NCBI GenBank assembly: GCA_949358305.1
Contig: OX442314.1
Span: 7,750,001-7,814,000, forward strand
DNA from: Strigamia acuminata
Lineage: Eukaryota
Length of the DNA: 64,000 nucleotides
Reading direction: 5' to 3'
Below are positions 1 through 14,100 of the stretch, piece after piece. The notes beneath the pieces are model-generated. The model worked only from the letters and a program-made list of their open reading frames with translations. It made no database searches and had not been told where the DNA came from. Within the stretch, counting starts at the first letter, position 1, and every line of letters begins with the position of its first letter. A program made the position numbers and the translations under genes.

Positions 1-1050
1 GTTCCACACTTGGCAACACACTGTTCACATTCAGTTCAGAAAATCTGTGATGTCTTTGAAGGAAACATTAGTAAAAATACTGTTAATAATCACCTTCAAG
101 CTTTCCCAACGATAGTTTATAAAATAAATGGTCGAATGACCAACTTTGAAACCTCAACCTACTCAAGCCAAATTATAGTGGACAAGGTTTCAGATGACCT
201 GGAACAATGAGTGGTGGACAATGATTTTAGTGATCAGAAGAAGTTGTAGCTTGATAGTCCTGATGGTTTGGCTTACTATTGGCATAAAATTTGAAAGGAA
301 CCACCCCTTTTTCAGAGCCCAATAGAGTGGAGGGTCAGTAATGGCATGGGGAGCTTTTGCCTTCGTGGGAAGAACTTATGTAGCATTCGTTAGTGGCCGA
401 CAGAAAACAGAAAATTTCTGATTTCTGAATCAGGAAACACTTCATGAGTTTTTGTTTCCTGTTGGGCAACGAATTTGGAGACACCTAATGAATATTTCAG
501 CAGGATAATGCCATTATTCACAATTAAAATTCAACGAGAGCATCATTTTCAGAAAAAAATAATGCATCTATTGGAGTGGCCAGCCTGAAATCTTTACTAA
601 AAACCATAGAAAATCTATGGAGAATAATGACCAGACAAGTTTATGCCAATAACAGACAATTTTCTACTATTGATGAACTAAAAATTGTGATTGACGGATA
701 TTGGGGTAACATCTCTTCTAAAACGCTGGAAAAATTAATTGTGTTTATGGAAAATAGTGTTTTTGAAGTAACAAAACATAATGGAAAAATAATTGGTCCA
801 TAAACAAACAATATTTCCAATTTATTGTTAAAGAAATTTGTTAATTGTTAAATTCCACAGACTTTTTGGACACCTGTTCTTTCATTTATTGTTGATATTT
901 TAAATAAATATTATTGAATCAGTCTAAAAATTTAATCAGACATTACTTGATTGGTATATTTAATAATCCTAAAAGCAAAATTAAATCAAAATATTAGAAG
1001 TTAATTTTTTTCAAATTTTTTGTCATTCCACAGACTTTTTGGACGCACCT
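1..1050 (+). mobile_element. Degenerate Tc1/Tc3-like DNA transposon, 3' part with transposase pseudogene
   Basis: Broken translation gives FSDQKKL*LDSPDGLAYYWH (~225-290), IFQQDNAIIH (~490-520) and WPA*...IENLW (~577-620), the Tc1/Tc3 DDE motifs with stops and frameshifts. The direct repeat ttccacagactttttggac occurs at ~853 and ~1026 (IR/DR-type right end) and is followed by TA. Confidence 0.8.
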
Positions 1051-1416
1051 TATGTTGCATCGGTTTGTAGTGTTGAACAGTTTTCCTGTATGGCTTGCAA
1101 TCGCTTGCAATCGCAGTCTTTTGAGTGACGGCAATCGTAGATCACTTTCTGTCCCTCTGCAGTTACATATTTCCGCTGCGCATTGTCCATGTCTTCTCAG
1201 CTTTCACAAACGTGTGCGCTTCATCGTATGTCGGAACTTCTCCCATTGTAGACCCTCTTTCCAACGTTTCTTAGACCTTTTTTAAGTTGTACACCTTTTA
1301 CATAGCAGTGGAATTCTGCCACTTTACACTATTTTGGTACACACCTCCCAGTTACACCTTTGATACAAACAGTTGGTTTGTGTGAAAATTGATTTTTACC
1401 TTTCAAATGTTTTCAG

Positions 1417-3711
1417 AAAAATCGTTGGACATAAATGCTGTCCTTACAATTTCATTACAAAATCTGAAATCTTCAAAAGTATGTGACCAGCTTATGAAGG
1501 TACGAAAAACACCATTTATCACTTAATAAGACCTCCTTTCCAAAATTTCACAAACATAAAACTTATAACAAGTCAAAAGGCATAGACACAATTTTGAAGT
1601 GTGTACCTGTGAGGTTTGAAAAGACTTGTGGAACACATGGCAAGAGTTAAACTAAACTTGTATTTACACTCAAAATCTACAGCAGACAAAATCTGTTTTG
1701 TGTAAAAGTCAATTTGACATCTAGATGGCTGTGGAAGCCCCCTCCCCACGAAAGTAATGGAATTTTGTGCCGCATAAAAAAAATTTTAAAAAAATTTAAT
1801 TTTTAATTTTTATGGTCCCAAAAGTGGTTTAGGTGCCATTCAAGGCCCCTAAAACACTTTTAATTAAAAATACAAAATTTTAATTTTAATTTAAAATTTT
1901 TAAAATTATTTTGATGATCTTCCAAAGGGGTGGCCATGGATAATTTTGGGCTAGAGCTAGATGCGTTCGCACCAAGAACCAGAACTAGATTTAAACTTTG
2001 GGCTAGTCCAAACTATCTGCTGCAAACAAGGTATTACAGTATTTTCAAATGTAGGAATAGTTTTTAATAAGCTTTTCCTGCTTTACCGCTGCTTTTCAAC
2101 CTTTAATGCTGCATTACGGCTCCAACAAATAAAAAAAAAACGTTCTTACAACATTGAATTAAAAAAATTATTACCACATGCTCTATTTTACACATTTTTT
2201 GGTTAGACGCCGGGTTCGAATAAGCGCCGGGCTTCGAATAAGTGCCAGGAGTGGCAAGTCAAAAAAATTATTAAACACCCCGGCGTTTATTCAAGGCAGT
2301 ACGGTATTGCTTAAACTCCATGTTCGAATTACATAACAATTCGCTCCTACCAAGTTCAATCCAAGTTAATGAACACAATCTGTGGTGGTTTTAATTTACG
2401 TAAAGTTTAACACAAACCCTTAGTAAAACACCATTTAAGTTATGATTTACTGAATTGTACCCCAACCTGTACATTTTGTCATATGCTCATACTTATATTG
2501 CTAATTTTGAATTATAATAATATCCAGTTTTTCCTAAATGATCTGGAAGAAGAAGTTAATATTTTCACACCTTTGGCTTTAACCTATGGATGGGGAAGCG
2601 TTCTGATGCTTCAACCATACAAGGTAATAAATTAAACAAATCAAACATACATGTTTTCATGCCAACGTACTTTGATTGTATGTAATAGACTACACAAAGA
2701 AATACAAAGCGTAATCCATGTGAGAAAAACAAAAGTGCTTATTTCAAGTGCAAAAATGCTTGCATCCAAAACAATTTATTCTTAACTGTCAACTGCAGGT
2801 AAATTTATTCACTTTTTTAACATCTTAATTCCGATTTTGTTCAGTTTGCAATAGTCTATATAAATTTACAAAAAATACAGTAAAGATGAAAACACAAGGG
2901 AGCGGGTAAAATTCCAAAGTATGACTCGCTTTTGGCTTATCAGCTTAACTGGCAAACTCAAGTTAGCTAGGTATCTAGCTAGAAATTCCTGCCAAAATCT
3001 TCTCCAAAATTTCCTCACGATTCTGATTGGCTGTCAAAGTCACATGAACAAAACACCAGAAAGCTTGAAGCTGGTAAATCAAACTCAGTTTGATCGGAGC
3101 GGGCAAGTTTTTAGCCGCTTTTTCAAGTAAAAGCAAGCTTTTAAATTTTACCCGCTCCATTGTTTCCACCTTAAGTCCTCTTTTTGTGCACCCGCGCACT
3201 ATTGGCAGAAAGGAGTCCCCGCACAATAAAAAGATGCATGCTTTACCTTTTTTCGAAAATATCTAGTCTTTTTAGCATAACAACTACCGGTATTCACCAA
3301 ACTATTGTTTCTTTCAGATTACCTTACGTCGAGAGACTGAACTTGCCAGCTTGTAACACAACGGAAGAAATTAATACCGCTCATTTAACATACTTAAAGA
3401 ATTATAACTCGAATCAAAAACAATGCAAATGTAAACTACCTTGCGAAAATAGTTTTAACAAAATTACTTTTTTTGAAGGTAGATTAGTAGTGGATCACTA
3501 CACATCGATACTTATGAAATTCCCTGAGACTTTCTTCGTGAGTATAGAAGAGCAGCAGGCATATCCGATATCTCAATTGCTTAGCGATGTCGGCAGCATT
3601 GTGGGATTAGGTTCTGGAATGTCATTGCTGTCTTTCTACATTTTCATTTTAAACACTTACACCTGGTATAAGAATAAGAACTTGTCGACGTGGTTCCAAA
3701 AGAAAAAATAA
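1417..3711 (+). CDS. DEG/ENaC tandem-domain channel gene A, 3' part only (last four exons of the second domain)
   Basis: Exons 1417-1499, 2528-2623, 2689-2798 and 3318-3711 are GT-AG bounded, in frame, and homologous to exons 8-11 of genes B-D. Cys-rich CKCKLPCE, then TM2 QLLSDVGSIVGLGSGMSLLSFYIF. The 5' exons lie upstream of the window. Confidence 0.85.
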
Positions 3712-4205
3712 AATATTTGTTAAAGTTATCCATGCACAAGACTATTTTAAATCTTTGTCACAATTGCACTAAATTTGATATTTGAATTTTCTTTTAAAAA
3801 TAGAAAAGAAAACAAAAAATTAATTTTTCTGATGCCCTGTACACTCACATTTTGTATTTTGGTTCCAATAATGAAAACATATTTTATATTAGAAATATAA
3901 CATAGTAGATATTAAAGTTTCATTTTTAACTGAAATACAACATTATGATGAAACAATAATATTTCAATGTTATGATTATTTCAGTAGATCATAATTCATA
4001 ATTAAATTCTTGTTAGACTATTAATGTTTTTTAAAAACACCAAATGTATAAAACTTTTAAAAATTGTATTTTCATACACTATGAGATTTGTTATTACACA
4101 CAGGTAATATTAAATGTATTTTTGAATTAATAATGCAATAAATAATTACAAGTATCAGCCAGAAAAGATTTGGGAAAAACTTTCAAAATTTCAGTCATTT
4201 AAATA

Positions 4206-4347
4206 CAGTCATTATAACGAAAGTTCGTTATATCGAATTTTTTTTAACATGGTGTTCTAAGGCCAACTAACCAACCAAGCCATTCTTAACTATTCGTTAT
4301 AACAAGAAATTCGTTACATTATGGTTTGTTATCACGAAGTTCGACTG
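4206..4347. mobile_element. Small pogo/Tc1-type MITE
   Basis: ta-cagtc...gactg-ta termini with internal ttataacga/tcgttata repeats. Absent from the paralogous 3' flank of gene B (~18050). Confidence 0.55.
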
Positions 4348-5099
4348 TATGTTCAAAATCATTGAAACGAATTCGTTTAGTTGCGTTCTAAGTCTCTGAT
4401 TTTGCTATTTTTCTGGTTCCCATGAACAATTTCTGATGACTGATAATTTTAGCATAATTGGTCAACCCTTACCTGACAGCAAGACGAAAAGTAAAACCAG
4501 AAATAGTAAACTCGTGACGGAGCAGCAACTTGGAAATAACATCAAGCTCGAAAGACGATGAAATTAATACGGAACCTGAAACAAGAAATACAAATCAGTT
4601 ACTTGGTTAAATGAAAATTTGCAGTGGTAAACAAACCGAGGTTTTGTGGGCGCTTTGTCCGCCATCATTGCACTGGGTGAGCGCTTTGATTAAATTTTTC
4701 GCTGTCAACCTTGACCCTCAGATCTTCGATTTGTATTTGAAATTCGACTCGAGTTTAAACCTTGTGTTAGCAAGGTGCAAAATATAAATAATTACCCGAC
4801 CACTTATCGCCCAAAATCGCACGGCTTTTAGGTTTAAACACTACACACAACGGTATCGTGGACGAGTGGCATCTGGTGGCGGATTTTGATATTTATATTT
4901 AGTAAAATACACATTTTTTAAATGTTTTCTTTCAATCTACTGCAGTCATATTTACGAGTTGTCTGCAGATTTTGATAAAGTTAAAAAATTGTTCAGTGTA
5001 TAAATTTTAATTCTAATATTTTTCAAAATTGTATTTAATTCTGTTTATCGTCATGTGGTGGCGCTTATCAAACTGCAAAAACCAATAAATTGCACGTGC

Positions 5100-5720
5100 G
5101 TAAATTGGATTTTTATTGAAATTGGAAATTATATACCACATGTGGTGAATTATTCATGGTTAGTTATTAATACAGAATAGTAAATGAAATTCTTGCATTT
5201 AGATTACAGTTATTCTAAAAACTATCACTTTATACTTTCAAATTGGATTTTATTAGAAATTAGAAATTATACTTGTACACCACATGAATGAATTATTCAT
5301 GATTTGATATTAATACAGAAAAATAAATCAAATATTCCCCATTTAAATTAAACTCATTCAAGAAATTGCACCTGCTTAGATTGGATTTTATTGGAAATTG
5401 GAAATTATATACCACATGTGGTGAATTATTCATGATTAAACATTAATATAGAAAAATAAATCAAATATTCCCCATTTAAATTAAACTTATTCAAGAAATT
5501 GCATCTACTTAGGTTGGATTTTATTAGAAATTGGAAATTATATACCACATGTGGTAAATTATTCATGTTTAGACATTAATATAGATTTAAAATATAAATT
5601 TAAAACTTCTTTAACAGAATAGTAAATGAAAGTTCTGCTTTTAGATTACAGTTATTAAAGAAACTACATCTTTTTAGATTAGATTTTATTAGAAATTAGA
5701 AGTTATACACCACATCATTG
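5100..5720. repeat. Degenerate tandem repeat, unit ~115-125 bp
   Basis: The block ttggattttattagaaattggaaattatataccacatgtggtgaattattcatg recurs about 5-6 times. Confidence 0.8.
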
Positions 5721-6065
5721 TGGTTAGATATTAATTTGAATATTAAATCAGAAATTATGCAGTTTCTTGGTGTCTGGTCACTTTACAGCCACTCGCGTGG
5801 TCATAACTGAAGAAACGGTAAGTCTTCCCGACGTCGTATTAGAGACAAATTTAACTGTAATAAGAAATAATACTGGATTCCCAGTTGACAGATTAATTCA
5901 GTAGAAAGTTTTGTGTAGTGGAAAATTCTCAGAGCAATACAATAGTATTTGCTGTTAGTGGTTCCCATATGAGCGAAAAGTAGGCAGAAATTATCCCTTT
6001 TCCATTTGGCAGCACACCGATGTGTGTAAGATTTGGCACGGTAAATTTACGTGTGGCAATGCACA

Positions 6066-6168
6066 GTAAATTCACGGTAAATTCACGATAAATTCACGGT
6101 AAATTCACGGTAAATTCACGGTAAATTCACGGTAAATTCACGGTAAATTCGGCAAATTCACGGTAAAT
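6066..6168. repeat. 11-bp minisatellite (gtaaattcacg)n
   Basis: About 9 consecutive copies read directly. Confidence 0.9.
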
Positions 6169-6274
6169 GGAAATGGAAGTCTGGTGGTAAGTAAGTGCAT
6201 TCAATGAAAAGTGACTTTGAGGAAAGGAAGTAAAGTGAAAGTCACTTCTTCTAATCCAGATTGAACGCACCTAA

Positions 6275-7452
6275 TGTTGTTAGCGACGTCACCTTAGTGA
6301 CGGGTACAGTTTAGCGACGCTGTTAATCGCTATAGTGTACCCGTCGCTATAGTGTACCCGTCGCTACAGTGACGGTCGCTATAGTGATGTATGTAATTAG
6401 ATTTAAATTTTCATTTAATTTTAATTTTTAATTCTTTGTGTTTTAATTTTTTTGTTTTAATGTGGTTTTAGTGGAGTAATGTTTTGTTGTGACAGCGTGC
6501 AATACCACGCAAAAACTTGAGAACAGGCATTTGTCGCCTGCTTTACCTCGCGCAGTTGCAACAGGTGACTTTTCTTTGGCTTCAGAACCCCACTGAATAT
6601 ACCTTCACATATTTGCTCCGTGTCGGCTTGTTCGCGCCTTAATGCTATAAGCATTCAAAATATGCCAACATGTCGGGCTCCCATCAAGCTGTTGAACCTT
6701 GACTGCTAAGACTCTACGGCATTGCTTGACCGTGGCTGACCGTGGCGGTTCAGTAGGTATGAACTCCAGAGGTCTGGTGAAAACATGGGCGGAGCGCGAA
6801 CACCGGTGGATCAGGTCCTACGTAACTTACCTAGAACATAATTGCCCTCCTACCATTCCAGTAAGCCAGCTGCCTCTGGACCAAACAATATGGTTTAAGT
6901 AAAGCGTATCTGTCAGGAATCTCGCGTGCCGGCAGAAATGACAAGGCGGACAATTGTCTAACCAGAATATTAAACTCCTTATCAGCCAAATATTGAGTTT
7001 GCAAATGCTCGTTTTGAACATGGCGGTACACACTTTGAGCTAAGTGGAAATAGCAACCATGTAAAATCCTATTTGGGAATACTTCTTTGGCGGCATTGAT
7101 AGCTTCGACCTCAAAGTCACTAATGAAGAACTCTGGGTCTAACTCCTCTTCAAATAATTCACGAATAAGACTTTTGACCTTCTAAAACAGGAGTATGTAG
7201 CTAGCCTTGGTCTTATTTTCCATGATACGTTTCCGATACGTTGCTAAAACATAATGCTTGGTACACTGCTTTATCGGTACGTTGCTAAAACATAACGCTT
7301 AGTACACTGCTATATCGGTACATCGCTAAAACGTATCAATCGCTATGCTGATTGTCGCTAAAACAATACACCGATACGTTGCTATAACGTTCCCCAAAAT
7401 TACTTCATCGTAGGACTTGTTGTCGCTAATGTGTACGTCGCTAAAACGTACT
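6275..7452 (-). mobile_element. Degenerate Mutator-like (MULE) element with transposase remnant
   Basis: Minus strand reads GCYFHLAQSVYRHVQ...LSALSFLP (MULE C-x-FH motif region) with frameshifts. Flanked by arrays of tagcgac/gtcgcta subterminal repeats at ~6280-6390 and ~7240-7450. Confidence 0.75.
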
Positions 7453-7620
7453 GTACTTTTATTATTTTTTTATTTTTAGCAGTAATTTTAATGTTTGTAA
7501 TTTTATATTTGTTTTTAGAAAATTTTAATTAATTAATTTTAATTTTTTAACAAATATAAAATTACAAACATTAAAATTACTGCTAAAAATAAATAAAAAA
7601 TAAAAGCAAAAATTTTCACA

Positions 7621-7688
7621 GACAACAGGATTTGAACCTGTGTGGAAAAATTCCTAGTCCATTGCCTTAACCACTGGGCCACCACTAC
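7621..7688 (-). pseudogene. tRNA-Ser-derived pseudogene or SINE head
   Basis: The reverse complement gtagtggtggcccagtggttaaggcaatggactaggaatttttccacacaggttcaaatcctgttgtc resembles eukaryotic tRNA-Ser (A box TGGCCCAGTGG, B box GGTTCAAATCC), but the anticodon/variable arm is deleted and the acceptor stem is imperfect. Confidence 0.7.
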
Positions 7689-8173
7689 AAACTATTGTTG
7701 TCTTCATGCAGGCAGTCATGTTGGTGAACAAAGTTGTCATGTCATATGTCATGTGATATCAAATTACTTGGGTTCCAGAGTAAGGTTTGAACAGGCTAAT
7801 CACCAAGTGTAGTGCTACACCTTTTTACTCAGCCTATTTGCATGAAAAATAAACTCCCTCAGCCAACAGACTTCTACTTTGACAATGTCATTGTTACTTA
7901 ACTCTAGTTTATGGAGCAAAATGCTTTAAAATGGTTAAAGAAGTACTTTAATTGTTACCTCATATAATTTATTTTAAAATTGGTGAGTAGCTTATTAGTG
8001 CCTCCCCCTTGTAAGTACTAAGTACTACTATTGGAAATGAGATATTAAATACGGAGTAATAAATAAGTCATTCAGGACTCAGTACTAATCTGACACCAAA
8101 TAACTTGCAGTTGATCTTACAAAAACAGTGTTTAAACCACAATTTTAAATCTGTCCTTTGCAGATAAGATACA

Positions 8174-11100
8174 ATGCAGAATACTTCATTCGAGAGAAGA
8201 AACACGCAAAGATTAAGTAAACTCCGTTTGACAATTCATCGCTTGTTGAAGGATGATGCAAACAAACTCAGATGCAATTTAATCGGATTTGATGATATTA
8301 TAAATAGCAAACACGATGCGAACAAGCGTCGCATATTTTGGCTTTTTTTATTCTTATTTTGCACATGCATGCTCACTTATCAGACTTATGACAGAATAAT
8401 GCATTACTTAAGTTATCCAACGGTTATTGACGTAACGAGCAGATCGGAAGATGTTACTTTACCAAACTTGATGATCTGCAATGCAAATACAAAAGAAATG
8501 TACAGCATTGTGAAAAAAACTTATGGAAAATGCTGGCCTGGTTTTGCACTGCACAATCTTATGCAAAAACCAACTAACGATGTAGATGAACTTTGGAAAG
8601 CGACTAATTTGACGAAAGAAGTAGTAAGCGTAAAAATAAAAGTAAAAAGATCGAAAGAAGTATTTCTTTTAATTTAAGAAATATCCTAATTTCAACTCTT
8701 AATTATTTCACTCAGGGAAATTCAAATTCAAACAAAACAGTTGTTCTGACGGAAACTGTCAATCAATGGGGAATATGCTCGACATTTACATTTCGTAACT
8801 ATAAACAAACGTTTAAAACTATCTGCTTCAATAAACTTTATCATTCATTCACACAGCAAAAGCTTCTAGCGACTCATTTGTTGGACAAGAACTGACAGTA
8901 AAAATTGAAAAAGGTTCTGACTACATGTGCCCAGCAGAACCAATTATGGTAGTTTCAATAGTTAAAATTATGATTTGTAATTTTTTTTTAAAAATCTTTT
9001 TACAATTAGCTTCTCCAATCATTCTACGATTTTGGACGTCACTTTGGACTAACAACGCTACTTCTTGGTGAAACAAAAACAATTTATTTGAGTTATAACA
9101 AAGTAATATTCTTTTCATATACCGTAAAGCGGGGTGACTTTGGCTTAAGGGGTGACTTTACCCCAAAGTGAAAAAAAAGATTTGCTGTATTGCCAAAGAC
9201 AGGCAGTAGGAAATATTAACAAATAAAAAATATGAAAATATACTATAAAGTATGCTCTTTCACACTCTTAAGCTGGATTTTATCTCAGCATGCACACAAA
9301 CCTTAAAAAAATTCACAAGTGGATGCATGTTTTTAACTTAAAAAAAAAAACACTCAAAAATTATTTTATATCTCAGAAAGGGTTAGAGTCAGGACAATGT
9401 CCTTTTAAAGTGTTAATCTGTAATTATTCACGACCTTTCAGTTAAAATTTCATGCACTTATCATGAACAGGAAAGTCAGGGGAACATGTTATCATCACTG
9501 GGGCGACTTTGGCCATTTTTTGGGGTGACTTTACACCACCCCTACAGATGGGGTGACAAGAGCTTTGTAATATTATTTTTTGATTGTTTTGTTCCTATTT
9601 GTTAATTTTTCTATCTTTAAACACTTGTGATTATTTATGACATTTTTAATGCAGTTTTTTTTGTTGTTTCAATTTTTTGTAAGAAATAAATTTCTAATGT
9701 TCTTATAATTAAGTCATGATCACATGAATTTATAGACTGAACATAAAAAATGTCAGAAAAACTTTAGAATGTGACAAAATGATTTTTAAATGTTTTCTGA
9801 TAAAATCTTATTATAATTATTATTATAATTATTATCTGATTAAACATTATCATTGGATTTCAATGGTGTTCCAATTGATGGCCAAAGTCACCCCAAGCAG
9901 GTGTGAAATTGGTCAGCTGGATTAATTTTTTTTTTTTAAAAATGTAATAACTATAATTTTTTTTAAACTTGCCATTGTTTAGCACATACAAATATATACC
10001 TTACATTAAATTTTCATAACAATATGATTATTCCTAGGATTGTTATTGAAATCTGCAACAAAAAGTGGCACAAAGTCACCCCGCTTTACGGTACTGTACT
10101 ACGTTTACATGCACCAAATATTTTGAGTGATGAATAATTCGAGTGGTGAAAAATCAAATTGTTGCGTTTTCCATGCAGAAAATGATTCGTGATCACTTTC
10201 GGTTTTCGACCGATGGTGAAGTGCCGGCAGCAATGTGCGCATGCGCAATAAAAAAAAGTTCGAGTTCACTCAAATTAAACAACCTTCTGCGAGGGCTTAT
10301 TCACTACTCGAATAATCCTTGTCATCTCTGTTTACATGACATTTGAGCACACAGAATATTTCATCTCACTCAAAATATTCCGTGCATGTAAACATAGTAA
10401 TTGAAAATAAGATTACTACTCATCACTTTATTTTATTTGTAATTCTTAGTTCATATTTCTTAATTCACCTGCAAATGGATGCTCCAGTGAAGACGAATTC
10501 ACAGAATGCTATCGGAGTTGTCTATTAAAAACATTCAAGAAGCAGCTAAAATGCAGGTAAGAATACTATCGTACAATACAAAATTATCATTAACAATCTT
10601 CTTTGAAAGATTTCCCTTTATGAAAATTGATTTACCGGTTTGCAAATATTCGAAAAATATACTCGGGCAATATACTAATACAAGTGAGCTGATTGAAGCC
10701 ACAAATCCAATTTCTATTTGTCAATGTCGACGTCAATGTCAACAAATAACTTATACCTCATACATTGACTCAGGCAAAGCAGATGATGAAAAAAGTATAT
10801 CTGTATCCTTATCAATAACTAATGAGAAAATAAGTGTGTATCAAGAACGGTACACCTACGACATTATTGCTCTGATGTCGGATTTAGGAGGAAATCTGGG
10901 CCTGTTTCTCGGTCTAGCAGTCATCTCATTACCTGAAATCACTTGGTATTTATATTACATTACAACAAAATTTCACCGAAAAACACCCATCAATAAGATT
11001 CGCTGTCTGTATGAGACATGCAAGAAGAAAGTCATTGCGACCGAAGAGGAAACCATGACAGATAGAGTGTTAGAAAAGGTTAAGTTTGCGCTGGTATTTA

Positions 11101-14100
11101 TGATTGCAGGATTCACTTTTTATTACTTGCTAATTCGTATCAACTACTACAATGATGAACCGGTATCAACAATGGTTAGAATAGTTGAACGTCAGTACAC
11201 AAAATTTCGGTCAATTACGCTATGTGGCGAACAGCAAAATGATGCCATGGACGAAGCCAGATCACACTTACTGAAACACACCAACAAAACTTGCAATGAA
11301 ATATCGCCCTGGCAATTGAAAACCAACAAGTTGTCACTGGAAGAAATTTGGAAAACAGTCAATGTCTACAAAACAATTTGGGTACTAATATACAGGGTGG
11401 TTCAAAAAGTCTGGTTCACAGTAAATAAATTCCAAACCGTTTTAGATGTTGATTCAGCAAAATGATTGTTAAGGTAGTATGTCGGGGGAAATCCAATTAT
11501 GATATCCAATTTGACCTCTGAGGTCATCTTCAAGGTCATCCATATTGTAACTCGAGAACCGTGACAGTTAGAGCAAAAAAGTGAATTAGAAAGTTGTAGA
11601 GCATCATCCAATTAGTCAAGAACTGTTCTTAAAAAAATTATTTCTTAGGGAAAGGTTTTGAGAAAAAAGGTCTGAAACATTGGCTATCCTCATTATAACT
11701 CAGCTTTGTAACCTTAAACTATTGAGGCAACCAAGCTAATCCTCAATTAGGACACTTTATTGGGTCATACTTGTAAGTGGAAGAGAGGAAATACGAAAGA
11801 AAGGAAATAATTTATTTTGGAAATACATTCCACATGATAGTTTTAGGTTACAAAGCTGAGAAGACTAACATTTCAAACCTTTTTTTCTCAAAACTTTTCC
11901 CTAAGAAATAATTTTTTTAAGAACAGTTCTAGACTAATTGAATGATGCTCTACAACTTTCTAATTCACTTTTTTGCTCTAACTGTTACGGTTCTCGAGTT
12001 ACAATATGGATGACCTTGAAGATGACCTCAGAGGTTAAATTGGATATCATAATTGGATTTCCCCCAACATACTACCTTAACAATCATTTTGCTAAATCAA
12101 CATCTAAAACGGTTTGGAAATTATTTACTGTGAACCAGACTTTTTGAACCACCCTGTATACTCTGGCTCACCATGGGAGAAAGGCCAATCTTCAGTGTTG
12201 TATCGTTGGTAAGATATAAATTACTTCGTTCTACCTACAATCCATGTGCCAATCATGGAGGCTGTGGTGGGTCACCCACCATACCGGGCGTCACAGTGGT
12301 GAACAGGGAAAGGATACACACTGCAAGTGTCGAATGGCCAGCATTAGGTGGCCAAGCAACATTAATTATTAAATTTGTATATTATTTTTTGTAGGATTTG
12401 CATAAATTTAACAAAAATCTAAACATATCAGTGGACGCTAAACCACTTCCTTTTGGTCATTGTTCACGAATAAATACAGGTAATTTACAAATTTTAATTT
12501 AATTCACACATCATGTCACATTACTATAGTTAATAGTAATGTGATCAGTTTCTGTCGCAAACAACACACACCCACACCAACCATTACATCAAGAGAAGTT
12601 GAGGGTTTTAGGCTTATGTCACATGAATGTGAATAGTCCAGAGGCAATCACGTTTTGCATGTATAAACAAATTGGATACTTATCGATTAAATTTTATTAA
12701 ATATATTAATTGTATACATCGTTTAAATGACCCACGCTTGGGATTTTATTTAACTTAATTTCTTACACATTTTACTCGGAGATGGAATTCTGCCATTTAC
12801 ACCATTTCAGGTGTATTTGAATACATACTTCCCAGTCACACCTTTTAACACTTTTTCAAGTGTATTTATACATTTTGCACATTTTAACACATCTTATTTC
12901 TACCAGTGTATGGTAACCTCAACTGATCAATACAATACAAGCACAATACAATTCATATAAATTATGTCCTGCATTTAATACTGTGAGAGTGGACATGCGC
13001 CATCAGAGCACGGAAATTCCTGAACAGCACCAGATGAACCACACATTTGTCGTAACCTTGGTTCCGGTAAATAAACTTAACGCACAATATCTTACTAATA
13101 ACACCCTTTATTTCACACTTGTAATAATACAATAATAATACTTAACAATGTGGTCTCGGATCCTTGTTGGCGGATACGATTTGTTGCTGCACGGCAGTCT
13201 TACACGTGGCTTCTACTGTTGTCTAGGGTAATGGCGTCTGGCGAAACACGTGTTCGCAAACGCTTCGCTTCGGGAGATATTACAATCGTAGTATTGCTAC
13301 GATAATATCTGTGACTTCTGATTTATAGATGTAATTGGCAACGGGCATCGATCCTCTATCAATCCGGTAAAACGGCCTGACGGTGAGGTGGTGATGCTAA
13401 TGTTGCTCTGATATCTATAAAGTGGGGGTTTCCGGTCAGACACGGGTTTAAATACTGGCTGGACCGGAAATGACGTATTCGCATAAGTTCGGAGAATTAT
13501 GCAAATTCATGACGTTGTCCCGTCAGTCCCGCAGAAACGGTAAAACTAGTACAGCTAGTTTTCCCGTAATAATCAGACAAGTAACATTATTATAAGTATA
13601 AAAATGCTATTTATTATATGATAACTAATTAAAACACTTTTGTGACCTCATGGTCACCACACATTAAATAGAAGTGAACACAAGAGACTGTATTAATGGT
13701 TTATGGCCTTTATTCGGTGTGAAGAGGTCTGTTTCTCATGTCTCTATTATTGTTACTGCTGCATTGTTGCGCAGACCTGCGCCCACACGCTGCACATGTG
13801 GTTAGGGCTACCCGGTTGTGCAGCGTGATCAGTCAGTTGTTGATACAGAACTCAGTTCTTTCCCCCGTGGATCGCTCACGGTACTGGCATCGGCTTACCG
13901 ACACAATCCACAAATATCACTACGGTGAATAATAGTGGAGAACCGCTAGGTGTGAACCATAGCTCCAGAACTCTGGCTGCAAACAGGAAGTTGGACCTTT
14001 TATAGTCCACTCGTACGAGAGTACCTTTTCCGATTGGTTGTTGGGTAGTGACCGGATGTGATGTCATTCCCATAATATTGCTATCTCTCAACCATGAACT

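Noticed and set aside
7621..7688. Functional tRNA-Ser gene
   Set aside because: Anticodon/variable arm is truncated and the acceptor stem does not pair fully; kept only as a pseudogene or SINE relic.
10506..11465. Treating the exon-6 ORFs (also 25657-26469, 30036-30776) as stand-alone or circularly permuted TM2-TM1 proteins
   Set aside because: Flanking GT-AG exons join in frame on both sides, so they are the middle exon of longer two-module genes.
11402..12147. Two near-identical 69-aa ORFs on opposite strands
   Set aside because: They are the mirror arms of a foldback MITE.
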